From: an uncultured Gemmatimonadales bacterium
GTDB taxonomy: Bacteria > Gemmatimonadota > Gemmatimonadetes > Longimicrobiales > RSA9
DNA: 64,000 nt
Direction: 5' to 3'
Assembly (NCBI GenBank): GCA_963783305.1
Contig: CAWAMW010000017.1
Coordinates: 1 to 64,000, forward strand
The translations under genes and the position numbers were made by a program. Within the stretch, counting starts at the first letter, position 1, and the number at the start of each line of letters is the position of its first letter. The notes below the pieces were generated by a model. It searched no databases. It was not told the DNA's origin and saw nothing but the letters and a program-made list of their open reading frames with translations. This document shows, one piece after another, positions 19,375 to 28,162 of the stretch.

Positions 19375-20224
19375 GCCGCACCCAGTCGCCCAGCGTTTCC
19401 CCCCGGAGGACGATGCCGGCCTCGCCGGTGAGGTGCAGCCGCCAGTCGTCATCGATCTCGACGTGGACGGCCCCGCCCGGCATCCGGACCTCGAACCGGC
19501 CGCCGGAGACGAGCCCGGCCCGACGCGCCGCGGCGCTGACCGCGCAGGCGCTGGACCCGCTGGCCAGGGTCTCCCCCGCCCCGCGCTCCCAGATGAAGGC
19601 CTCGAGGACGCCAGGCCCCACCGCGCGGGCGAACTGGACGTTCACGCCGCGAGCGAACGACGGGTGCGACTGGAGGAGGGGCGCCCTGGCGCGGAACAGG
19701 GCGTCATCGAGATCGTCGAGGAGCACCACGCAGTGGGGGTTGCCCAGGCTGACCAGGTGGATCGGGAGCGTGACGCCGTCCAGCTCCATGGGGTACCCCT
19801 CGACCTCCTCGTCCGGGTCCACCTCGGTGAAGGGGATGGCGCCCGCCCGGAAGGACGCGGGTCCCATGGCGACCCGGAGGACCAGCCGGCCATCCCCGAG
19901 CTCCGACTCCACGCGCATCTCCACCGTCTCGCCCGGGAGCGCCACCCGGAACGCCGAGCCGGTCTCCACCAGACCGCGGCCGTGCAGCCACGCGCCGAAG
20001 ATCCGCAGCCCGTTGCCGCTCTTCTCCGCCTCGGTGCCGTCCGGGTTGAAGATCCGGAGCCCCACGGGGTCGGCGTTCAGGTCGGCCGTCAGGATACCAT
20101 CGCTGCCGACGCCGCGATGCCGATCGCAGACGGCCCGCACCACGGCCGGGGCGGGGGCGCCGAGGCCGGTGCGGTCCAACACGATGTAGTCGTTGCCCAG
20201 CGCGTGACCCTTCCAGAACTCCAT
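19364..20224 (-). CDS. dapF: Diaminopimelate epimerase family protein (Ser in place of both catalytic Cys)
   Basis: FWKGHALGNDY, GVGSDG, NPDGTEAEKSGNG, SLGNPHCV, WERGAGETLASGSSACA, MPGG. Confidence 0.8.
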   Translation of the reverse strand: MEFWKGHALGNDYIVLDRTGLGAPAPAVVRAVCDRHRGVGSDGILTADLNADPVGLRIFNPDGTEAEKSGNGLRIFGAWLHGRGLVETGSAFRVALPGETVEMRVESELGDGRLVLRVAMGPASFRAGAIPFTEVDPDEEVEGYPMELDGVTLPIHLVSLGNPHCVVLLDDLDDALFRARAPLLQSHPSFARGVNVQFARAVGPGVLEAFIWERGAGETLASGSSACAVSAAARRAGLVSGGRFEVRMPGGAVHVEIDDDWRLHLTGEAGIVLRGETLGDWVRLTS

Positions 20225-20306
20225 GGCGCGTGCTCCCGGTCTATGGCAATGCCCGGCCACGAAACACGGCCGGGCGCCGTCGCGTACGGTCCATGGACGG
20301 ACCAGT

Positions 20307-20335
20307 GCAACGAAATGGGTGTCGGTCCCGTCTAA
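20307..20335 (+). promoter_or_regulatory. Putative ECF-sigma promoter
   Basis: GCAAC-N17-CGTCTAA matches the generic ECF AAC...CGTC consensus. Confidence 0.5.
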
Positions 20336-20340
20336 GGATA

Positions 20341-20598
20341 CAGAACGCAAGGGCGGCCCGCGAAACATCGGCCGCCACCCGCGGGACCGCAACGGGTCCC
20401 CGGGCAGCCGGCGAAGCCGGCGCCGTTCGACGATAAACAAGGCGGTGAGGAGATGGAGTATTTCTGGGAATGATACTCCTCCTTGGCAGGGTGGACTCGG
20501 CAAACGCTTCGTCTCCCACCGCCTGAGCTAGCCGCCCGGATGGGCGGGCGCCCCGTCGCGTGGAATGCAGGTCTCCACACGTGACGGGGCGTTGCTTT
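20341..20598 (+). ncRNA. Candidate structured non-coding RNA (unassigned)
   Basis: Several stems (20352-20376, 20383-20400, 20407-20421, 20441-20523) between an ECF-like promoter and a terminator-like hairpin (20549-20591, followed by TTGCTTT); no convincing ORF. Confidence 0.35.
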
Positions 20599-20603
20599 GG
20601 GGC

Positions 20604-23600
20604 TCAGCCTACGGCGACCTGCTCCCGCTGGCGACCGCCCTCGGGCGCGTAGGGCCCGGCGTACGGCAGTTCTTCCTCCGGTTCCTCCTCATGGAGGTAG
20701 TGGCGCTTGAACCAGGCGCCCACGTCGTCGACCATGGAGTAGAGCACGGGGACCAGGATGAGCGTCAGCACCGTGGCGAAGGAGAGGCCGACGATCACGG
20801 CAATGGCCATGGGGCCCCACCAGGCGGCCTGCTCGCCGCCCCAGTACAGGTTCGGATCCAGGCGCGTGAACAGGCCCAGGAAGTCGAAGTTCAGGCCGAT
20901 GGCCAGCGGGATCAACCCGAGGACCGTGGTCACCGCGGTGAGGACGACCGGCCGGAATCGCGTCTTGCCCCCTTCCACCAGCGCTTCCCGCCGGTCCATT
21001 CCATCGCGCTCACGCAGGATGTCGATGTAGTCGATGAGCACGATGGCGTTGTTCACCACCACGCCCGCCAGGCTGATGATCCCCACGCCCGTCATGATGA
21101 TGCCGAAGGGCATCTTGAAGACGATCAGACCGATGAGCACGCCGACCGTGGACATGATCACCGATGTCAGGATGATCACCGGCTTCACCAGCGAGTTGAA
21201 CTGGCTGATCAGGATGAAGCCCATGAGCATGAGCGCGATCAGGAAGGCGTTCGAGAGGAACTGCATGGTCTCGATCTGCTCTTCCTGCTCGCCGGTGTAG
21301 CGCATGGTGTAGCCGGGCGGCAGCTCGCGAACGAAGCCGGTCTCCGCCAGAGTGGACTGTACTTCCTGGAGCACCGCATTGCTGTTCTCGCCGGCCACCA
21401 CGTCGCTCGTGATGGTCACGACCCGGCTCATGTCCTTCCGCTTCACGCTGCCCGCGCCCTCGGCCACGCTCCAGCTGGCCACGGACGGGAGCGGGATCTG
21501 GTTGCCCATGTCGTCGAGGACGGTGAGGTCCTCGAGCGCGTCGAGGTCCTCGCGGTACTGCCCGGCCAGGCGGACCACGATGTCGTACTCGTCCTCCCCC
21601 TGCCGGAACTTGGCCGCCTCCGTGCCCTGGATGGCGCTCCGGATGGTGCCACCCACCTGCGCGGTGGACAGGCCGTAGAGCGCCGCTCGCTCGCGGTCCA
21701 CGTCGATGACCAGCTCCTGCCGCGCATCATCCATGTCACTCTCGAGGCCCTCGAGCCGCGACCCGACAGGGGCGTTCCGGAGCGTGGCGAGCACGTCGTC
21801 CGCCAGCGACTTGAGCACGTCCGGGTCGTCCCCGGCGATCTCAATGCTGATGGGCTCGCCCGTGGGCGGACCCATGTCCTGCGACGCGATGACCACATCG
21901 CCGCCGGCGATTCCGGCACCCACACCATCCTGCATCCGCGCCAGCGTTCCGAACACGTCGTTGCGCCGGTCCTCGAAGTCCACGAACTGCACGGTGATGT
22001 TGCCATCCCCGCTGCCGAACAGCATGGCGGGCCCGCCACCGCTGGAGCCGACGGTGGCCACCACCGACTCCACATCCTCGAACCCCTCGATCCTCCGCAG
22101 CTGCGACTCCACCTGCTCGGCGATGGTGTTCAGGTACTCGGGCCGGGTCCCGCTCGGGACGTCGATCTGCGCCACCACCTGTGCGGGCGGGATGGACTCC
22201 GGGAAATACTCCACGCCGTGATTGAACACGACGAACAGCGCCACACTCCCGATGAAGAGGGCAACGGCGGCGCCGACGATGGTGCCGCGGTGATCCAGCG
22301 ACCAGCGGAGGCGGCGTTCGTACCAGCGCACGGCACGGGGCACGGCAACCATCTGGAACCAGTGGGCGACGCGCACCATCACGGTCTTGTGGATCGCCAC
22401 GATGGCCACGGCCAGAACCACCAGCAGCGCCGCCGTGAGCCAGTTGGCGAGCGCGATGGCGGCGAGCATCACGCCGCCGATCCCGAGGAGGGTGTAGCGC
22501 GCGGCGGGACGGAGCGGGCGGCTCGGCTCGGTGTCGAGCTTCATGAACATGGCGCAGAGCACCGGCACGATGACCAGCGCGACGAAGAGCGAGCTGGAGA
22601 GGGTGATGATGAGCGTGAGGGGCATGTAGCCCATGAACTCGCCGGCGATCCCCGGCCAGAAGAGGAGGGGGGCGAAGGCGGCGAGGGTGGTGAGGGTGGA
22701 CGCGACGATGGGAAGCGCGATCTCGCCGGTCGCGAGACTTGCGGCCCTCCAGTTGTCGAAACCTTCCTCGATGTAGCGATAGATGTTCTCCACCACGACA
22801 ATGGCGTTGTCCACCAGCATCCCGAGGGCGAGGATCAGGGCGAACAGCACGACCATGTTCATGCTGATCCCGAGCAGCCCCATGATGATGAAGCTGAGGA
22901 GCATGCTCAGGGGGATGGACGTGGCCACGAAGCCGGCGTTCCGGACGCCCAGGAAGAACATCAGCACGGCGAGCACCAGCAGGAGCCCGCTGATGATGTT
23001 GTTCTCCAGGTTGGAGACCATGTCGTGGATGTCCTCCGACTGGTCGCCGGTGATCTTGACCACCGTGCCCGCCGGGAACTGCGGCTCCAGGGCCCCGATC
23101 GCCTGCTTCACCGCGTCGGCGGCCTCGATGATGTTCTCGCCCGAGCGCTTGACCACGCCCAGCGTGATCACTGGCTCGCCATCCAGGCGGGCGAACGTCT
23201 CACGGTCCTTGAACGCGAAGTCCACCTCCGCCACATCCCGCACGTAGATGGGGCGACCGTCACGCGTGGTGATCACCACGTCCTGGATCACGTCGGCGGC
23301 CTCGAACTCGCCGGCTACGCGCAGCGTGTACTCCTGGTTGCCCACGTCCACCACACCGCCCGGGATGTTGACGTTCTCACCCCGGATGGCGTCCACCACG
23401 TCGGTGAAGGCCAGGCCGTAGTACTTGAGCATGGGCAGCGAGACCTCGACCTTGACCTCGCGCTCCAGACCGCCCGAGAGGTTCACCTCCAGCAGCGACG
23501 GGATCTGCTCCAGGCGGTCCTGTACGTCCTCCGCCACCTCCTTCAGCTGCTCCAGCCCGTACGGCCCCGATATGTTCACCTGCATGATCGGGAACTCGGA

Positions 23601-24074
23601 CAGGTTGAACTCCATCACGCTGGGCTCCTCGGCATCCGCCGGGAGTTCCGGCTTCGCCAGGTCCACCTTCTCCCGGACCTTCTGGAGCGCGTCCTCCATG
23701 TCCATGCCGTTCTCGAACTCGGCGACAATGGACGTGTAGCCCTCGACCGACGTGGAGGAAAGCTCCTTGATGTCGGCGATCCCGTTCAGCTCCTCCTCGA
23801 TGGGCCGCGCCACCAGCGTCTCCATGTCCTTCGGCGCCACACCGGCGTAGATCACGTTCACGGCGATGATGGGGATCGTGATCTCCGGCGATGACTCCTT
23901 GGGCACACGGCTGTAGGAGATGACGCCCATGATGGCCACGATCACCAGCAGCATGAGCGTGCTGACGCGGTGCTTGAGCGAGAAGTTCGTGAGACCGAAC
24001 TGCCGGTACTCACCCTTGTGATGGCCCTGCGGGAGCGGCGCGTGGCCGTGGTCCCTGTCGTCGCCCTCGATCAT
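20604..24074 (-). CDS. RND efflux transporter permease (AcrB/AcrD/AcrF family)
   Basis: 1156 aa; ALGMLVDNAIVVVENI, GVVVNNAIVLID, RFRPVVLTAVTT, PMAIAVIVGL. Confidence 0.95.
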   Translation of the reverse strand: MIEGDDRDHGHAPLPQGHHKGEYRQFGLTNFSLKHRVSTLMLLVIVAIMGVISYSRVPKESSPEITIPIIAVNVIYAGVAPKDMETLVARPIEEELNGIADIKELSSTSVEGYTSIVAEFENGMDMEDALQKVREKVDLAKPELPADAEEPSVMEFNLSEFPIMQVNISGPYGLEQLKEVAEDVQDRLEQIPSLLEVNLSGGLEREVKVEVSLPMLKYYGLAFTDVVDAIRGENVNIPGGVVDVGNQEYTLRVAGEFEAADVIQDVVITTRDGRPIYVRDVAEVDFAFKDRETFARLDGEPVITLGVVKRSGENIIEAADAVKQAIGALEPQFPAGTVVKITGDQSEDIHDMVSNLENNIISGLLLVLAVLMFFLGVRNAGFVATSIPLSMLLSFIIMGLLGISMNMVVLFALILALGMLVDNAIVVVENIYRYIEEGFDNWRAASLATGEIALPIVASTLTTLAAFAPLLFWPGIAGEFMGYMPLTLIITLSSSLFVALVIVPVLCAMFMKLDTEPSRPLRPAARYTLLGIGGVMLAAIALANWLTAALLVVLAVAIVAIHKTVMVRVAHWFQMVAVPRAVRWYERRLRWSLDHRGTIVGAAVALFIGSVALFVVFNHGVEYFPESIPPAQVVAQIDVPSGTRPEYLNTIAEQVESQLRRIEGFEDVESVVATVGSSGGGPAMLFGSGDGNITVQFVDFEDRRNDVFGTLARMQDGVGAGIAGGDVVIASQDMGPPTGEPISIEIAGDDPDVLKSLADDVLATLRNAPVGSRLEGLESDMDDARQELVIDVDRERAALYGLSTAQVGGTIRSAIQGTEAAKFRQGEDEYDIVVRLAGQYREDLDALEDLTVLDDMGNQIPLPSVASWSVAEGAGSVKRKDMSRVVTITSDVVAGENSNAVLQEVQSTLAETGFVRELPPGYTMRYTGEQEEQIETMQFLSNAFLIALMLMGFILISQFNSLVKPVIILTSVIMSTVGVLIGLIVFKMPFGIIMTGVGIISLAGVVVNNAIVLIDYIDILRERDGMDRREALVEGGKTRFRPVVLTAVTTVLGLIPLAIGLNFDFLGLFTRLDPNLYWGGEQAAWWGPMAIAVIVGLSFATVLTLILVPVLYSMVDDVGAWFKRHYLHEEEPEEELPYAGPYAPEGGRQREQVAVG

Positions 24075-25183
24075 CCCTCACCCCCATCGGGCGCCGGTGC
24101 CGGCCCGCCCTCGACGTTGACCACGGCGAGGGCATCACCCTCGGCCACCCGCTGCTGCCCCACCACCACGATCCGGTCGCCGGTCTCCAACCCCTCCTCG
24201 ATCACGACCTGGTCACCACGGCTCGGGCCCGGGACCACGGGCCGCGCACGGGCGACGGACCCACTGGACGTCTGCTCGGCCACATAGACGATGTAGCCAT
24301 CCTCGCGCCGCAGGACGGCGGAGCGAGGCACGACGATGGCGCTGTCCAGCGTGCGCCGCGCGATCTGCACATCGGCGACCATCCCGGGCTTGATGCCGAG
24401 CCCGGGGTTCGCCACGGTGACCTCCACCTCGAACGTGCGGCTCCCGGACTCGACGGCGGAGCCGACGAAGTCGATGGCGCCGGCGTACTCTCGCCCGCCC
24501 AGCGCGTCCACACTCACCGCCACCTCGGTGCCGCGCTCGATCTCCACCGCATACCGCTCCGGCACACCCCCGACGACCTCGACGGTGTCCACATCGAGGA
24601 TCCGGACCACGGGAGTGCCCGGAGCGACCATGGCACCCACTTCCACGAGCCGTTCCGCCAGCACGCCGGCGATCGGGGCCCGGACCACGGTCCGCGCCAT
24701 CCGTCGCGAGAGGACCTGCGCCTGCGCTTTCGCGGTCTCGGCGTTGTACTTCGCCTGGAGGTAGGCCATCTCGGTGCCCACGGAGTCGCGCTCCCAGAGC
24801 TGGCGGTAGCGGAGCCACTGCTCCTCCGCCAGCGCCGCCTGGCTGGCCGCCTGGTCCAGCTGGGCCTCCAGGACGCCCGCATCGAGACGGATCAATGGCT
24901 GGCCCGACCGGACCACAGAGCCCTTCTCCGCCAGCAGCGCCTCCACGACACCGCCCTCCTCGGCCGATACACGCACGTCCCGCTGCGCCTCCACGGTGCC
25001 CACTACGCGGATGAAGTGCGTGAACTCCGACGGGTGCACCTCCAGCAGCTCCACGTTCACGGTCCGGAGGCTCTCATCCCCCGCGCTTGCCCGCTGCGCC
25101 TCCGCGCCGCTGGACTCTCCGCACCCGGTCGCTGCCACCACCGCGACCGCCAGCACTCCGGTTCCCAGGATTCTCTTGCTCAT
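24071..25183 (-). CDS. RND periplasmic adaptor (membrane fusion lipoprotein)
   Basis: Lipobox ATGC, V.AE.GGVV...G..V..GQPL, VRAPIAG, KPGM, GLETGDRIVVVGQ. Confidence 0.9.
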   Translation of the reverse strand: MSKRILGTGVLAVAVVAATGCGESSGAEAQRASAGDESLRTVNVELLEVHPSEFTHFIRVVGTVEAQRDVRVSAEEGGVVEALLAEKGSVVRSGQPLIRLDAGVLEAQLDQAASQAALAEEQWLRYRQLWERDSVGTEMAYLQAKYNAETAKAQAQVLSRRMARTVVRAPIAGVLAERLVEVGAMVAPGTPVVRILDVDTVEVVGGVPERYAVEIERGTEVAVSVDALGGREYAGAIDFVGSAVESGSRTFEVEVTVANPGLGIKPGMVADVQIARRTLDSAIVVPRSAVLRREDGYIVYVAEQTSSGSVARARPVVPGPSRGDQVVIEEGLETGDRIVVVGQQRVAEGDALAVVNVEGGPAPAPDGGEG

Positions 25184-25195
25184 GGTCTCCCTGCG

Positions 25196-26734
25196 TTATC
25201 CCTGAAGGGCGACGGTGTCGCCCGCATCGATCATCGGAACCACCCCCACCGCCGCATCCAGCCGCGCCTGCGCCGTGAGGAAGTCGTATACCGATTGCGC
25301 GTAATTGAACTCGCTCTGCCGCAGCGCCAGCTCCGCGTCCGTCACCTGGAGCTGGCTGCCGATCCCCGCGCCGTACTCCCGCCGCGCGATCTCGAAGCCG
25401 CGCGTCGCCTGCGCCACGGCCCTCCGCTGCGCCAGCACCCGGTCGTAGGACTCCCTGACCTGGTCCAGGAGCGTCTTCACCTCGTTCTCCGTCTGGTCCC
25501 GGACGAGCTCCAGCTGCGCCTCCACCTGCTCCACCACCGCACCCAGGCGCCGCAGACGCGCCGGCCGCTGGAACCCGGAGAAGATGGGCACGCTCACCTC
25601 CACCCCCACCGCCCGGGCGTCGTACTTCTGGTCGCCGAAGAAGGTGAGGTTGTCGTTGCCCTGCCCCATGGCCGTCCAGGTGCCGAACACCGTGACCTGC
25701 GGCAGGTACTGCGACCACTCCACCTTCCGCTCCGTCTCCCGCAGCTCCCGCGTCAGCTTCAGCTGGCGCAGGTCCGACCGCCGATCGAACGCGAGCTCCA
25801 CCGCCTCCGGCGCCCGGAGCGACTCCGAGCGGACGCCACGGTCCAGCATGAGGCTCGTCCCCCCCTCCGTCGCCAGCGCCTCGCGACCCTCCGGTGCGGG
25901 CAGCTCAACGGCCAGGAGCGAACCGGACAGCTCCACGCCGTCGAGCGACTCCTCGCCCATCGCCACGGCCAACGTCCGGCGCGCGGCCTCCGCCGCGTTG
26001 CGCGAGCGAGCGACGTTCGGCTCCAGGTTCGACAGCTCCACCTCCAGCCGCAGCACGTCGTACTCCGACGCCAGCCCAGCCTGGTTCAGCTTCCGCGTCT
26101 CGTCGAGCACCTGCCGCACCCGCGCCAGGCTCTGCGTCACCAGCCGGAGCTGCTCGTCCGCCAGCAGCACGTCGTAGTAGCGCAGGCGCGTCTCCGTGGC
26201 GACCTGCTGCGCCGCCCCCCGCAGCACCTCCTGCTGCAGCCGCTCGTACCGACCGGCCGCGCCCACGCCCAGGAACGCCGCGGCGTTGAACAGCGGCTGC
26301 GTGGCGCGAGCCTGCGCGTACCACTGGTTGTCCGACCCGAACCGCAACCCGATCAGCTCGTCCGGATCCGCATCCGGGTCGAAGAGGGTCGCCGGGAGGT
26401 AGTTCGTCGGGATGTCCAGGTTGCGCGTGAAGCTGGCGTTCATGTTCACCGTGGGCATGATGCTGCCCCAGGCCTCCCGCGCCTGCGCCTGCGCCGCTTC
26501 GAGCTGCCACCGCGCCCCCTCCAGCGACCCGTTCTCCTCCAGCGCCCGCTCCACCGCCTCCCGGAGCGTCAGCACGCGACCGGATTCCTGCGCCGAAAGA
26601 GCCGCCGCGCCCGCGCCGAGGGACAGCGCCAGAACCAGCACACTCACCGACCCCGTCAGCCCTCGGCTCAGCAGCCGCGCGATTCCGCCACGCTCCCTTG
26701 TATCCGTCACGATCTCCTCGAAGCCATCAGTCAC
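25196..26734 (-). CDS. TolC-family outer-membrane efflux protein
   Basis: GTG overlaps the tetR stop; signal peptide; LTLREAVERALEEN, SVPIFSG, YGAGIGSQLQVTDAE. Confidence 0.9.
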   Translation of the reverse strand: MTDGFEEIVTDTRERGGIARLLSRGLTGSVSVLVLALSLGAGAAALSAQESGRVLTLREAVERALEENGSLEGARWQLEAAQAQAREAWGSIMPTVNMNASFTRNLDIPTNYLPATLFDPDADPDELIGLRFGSDNQWYAQARATQPLFNAAAFLGVGAAGRYERLQQEVLRGAAQQVATETRLRYYDVLLADEQLRLVTQSLARVRQVLDETRKLNQAGLASEYDVLRLEVELSNLEPNVARSRNAAEAARRTLAVAMGEESLDGVELSGSLLAVELPAPEGREALATEGGTSLMLDRGVRSESLRAPEAVELAFDRRSDLRQLKLTRELRETERKVEWSQYLPQVTVFGTWTAMGQGNDNLTFFGDQKYDARAVGVEVSVPIFSGFQRPARLRRLGAVVEQVEAQLELVRDQTENEVKTLLDQVRESYDRVLAQRRAVAQATRGFEIARREYGAGIGSQLQVTDAELALRQSEFNYAQSVYDFLTAQARLDAAVGVVPMIDAGDTVALQG

Positions 26735-27381
26735 CTCGGAATCCACCCCGATCCAAGCGCCTGGATGGCGCTCTCCACCAGCTCCATGAACTCGCCGTGC
26801 GTCGATGCCTCGTCCGCCAGGTGGCCGCTCACGTACAGCGTCGTCAGCCCATGGATCAGCGCCCACCCCACCACGGCCGCGCGCTCCGGCCGCCCACCCA
26901 CATCGATCTCTCCCGACTCCGACGCCCGACGCAGCAGCTCCACCGCGTACTCCTTCGATGCGGACTCCGGCAAAGTTTCCCGTCCCACCGGCCGCTCCGG
27001 GCAGCGCTCCAGCTGCGCCACGCCTGGAACCTCGAACATCGCCCGGAAATATCCGGTGTTCTCCAGCGCGAAATGCGCGTACGCCCGACCCTTCGCGGCG
27101 AACAGCTCCAGCTGGCGCGCGTCCGGCCCCACCTTCGCCACTTCCCGCTCCATGCAGACGCCCAGACGCTTGAACCCCTCCGCCATCACCGACTCCAGCA
27201 GCTCTTCCTTGTCACGGAAATGATGGTAGATCGTGCCCGGCGAGTGATCGACACGCTGCGCCAGCGCCCGCATCGACAGCCCGTCCAGGCCCTGCTCGCC
27301 CACGATGTCGCGGGCGGCCTCGACGATCCGCTCCCGCAGGTCCTCCTTCTGCGCCACTCGATCTACCGTTCCCATGCTCAC
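26731..27381 (-). CDS. TetR/AcrR family transcriptional regulator
   Basis: RERIVEAARDIVGEQGLDGLSMRALAQRVDHSPGTIYHHFRDKEELL HTH; WHG-like WALIHG. Confidence 0.92.
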   Translation of the reverse strand: MSMGTVDRVAQKEDLRERIVEAARDIVGEQGLDGLSMRALAQRVDHSPGTIYHHFRDKEELLESVMAEGFKRLGVCMEREVAKVGPDARQLELFAAKGRAYAHFALENTGYFRAMFEVPGVAQLERCPERPVGRETLPESASKEYAVELLRRASESGEIDVGGRPERAAVVGWALIHGLTTLYVSGHLADEASTHGEFMELVESAIQALGSGWIPR

Positions 27382-27417
27382 CTGCGTTCATCGTCGTCGC
27401 GCCCGGCCGGGCCGGGT

Positions 27418-27469
27418 CCTGAACGGTGTTCAGGCGACGGAGTCTAAACACTGTTCAATACCGCGTCAA
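27418..27469 (-). promoter_or_regulatory. sigma70 promoter of the tetR-efflux operon with two palindromic operators
   Basis: Minus strand TTGACG-N17-TAGACT (27469-27441). Palindrome CCTGAAC-GGT-GTTCAGG at 27418-27434 and related TAAACACTGTTCA at 27445-27457 within the spacer. Confidence 0.75.
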
Positions 27470-27672
27470 CCCGCTGGAGGTGGGGGGCGGGACGCGTGAC
27501 GTCGGACAGGACGAACTCGCTCCGAAGTATTCGAGGGATCCGGCCAGCGCTCATCGCACCGGCTACAGCGCCAGCCGCGTCCAGCACCTCGCAGGACTCC
27601 CTATGCAGAAACTCAAGTCCAGGCCCCGGTCTTACCACTGAGTCCGAGCTGGCGAACTCCACTCGACCTTAG

Positions 27673-27870
27673 CCGGTCGCAGAAGCAGATCCAGGGACTC
27701 CCGGAGATGGCGGCGGCGCTACCTGCGGGTCATATTGGCAGCAGGCGAAGCTGTTGATCTGCTCTGCTGCATCCGGGGCGACGTGCGGACCCGGCGCCCT
27801 TCTATGCGCATGGGGCTGTTGGTGTACGCTCTGCCGAACCAATTCGGCACTCGCCGATGCAATGTGTTGA
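27673..27870 (+). pseudogene. Cys-rich peptide reading frame lacking an intact start (absent from the ORF track)
   Basis: Frame 1 reads PVAEADPGTPGDGGGATCGSYWQQAKLLICSAASGATCGPGALLCAWGCWCTLCRTNSALADAMC* (8 Cys), preceded by an in-frame TAG at 27670. Confidence 0.45.
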
Positions 27871-27879
27871 GGTGTGGCC

Positions 27880-28134
27880 ATGGAACTCATACTGCTCGTA
27901 GTCTTCGCTGGCGCGATATGGCTAGGGAGGTGGCTGCAGCGCCGCTGGGTCCATTCCCCTCGGTTCGAGCTTTGGGTGGCTGTTGGGGGTGGGCTGATCC
28001 TGCTCATGCTGGCGTGGGTCGGGGCCGAAGGAGACCGGGGGCCGAGGATCGTCCTCACACTAGGCGCTGTGGTCGGTCTCTGGCGGGCGTTTTCACTGTA
28101 CCGCGATCGCGAGCGCGGACCGGACGGCGCATAG
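27880..28134 (+). CDS. Small membrane protein (3 predicted TM segments)
   Basis: GAGGTG Shine-Dalgarno, ATG 27880, three hydrophobic stretches, 84 aa. Confidence 0.65.
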   Translation: MELILLVVFAGAIWLGRWLQRRWVHSPRFELWVAVGGGLILLMLAWVGAEGDRGPRIVLTLGAVVGLWRAFSLYRDRERGPDGA

Positions 28135-28162
28135 CCCGGGCGGTCCGGCGCCAGCGGCGCCC

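Noticed and set aside
20225..20603. Lysine riboswitch upstream of dapF
   Set aside because: Minus strand lacks the AGAGG...GAAAGG...ACTGTC landmarks; promoter and terminator signals point to the + strand.
20565..23894. 1109-aa + strand ORF, and similar ones at 7241-9019, 25016-27223, 48742-51174 and 54046-56331
   Set aside because: Antisense shadows of well-supported genes (RND, pilB, tolC/tetR, amidohydrolases, M1/putP).
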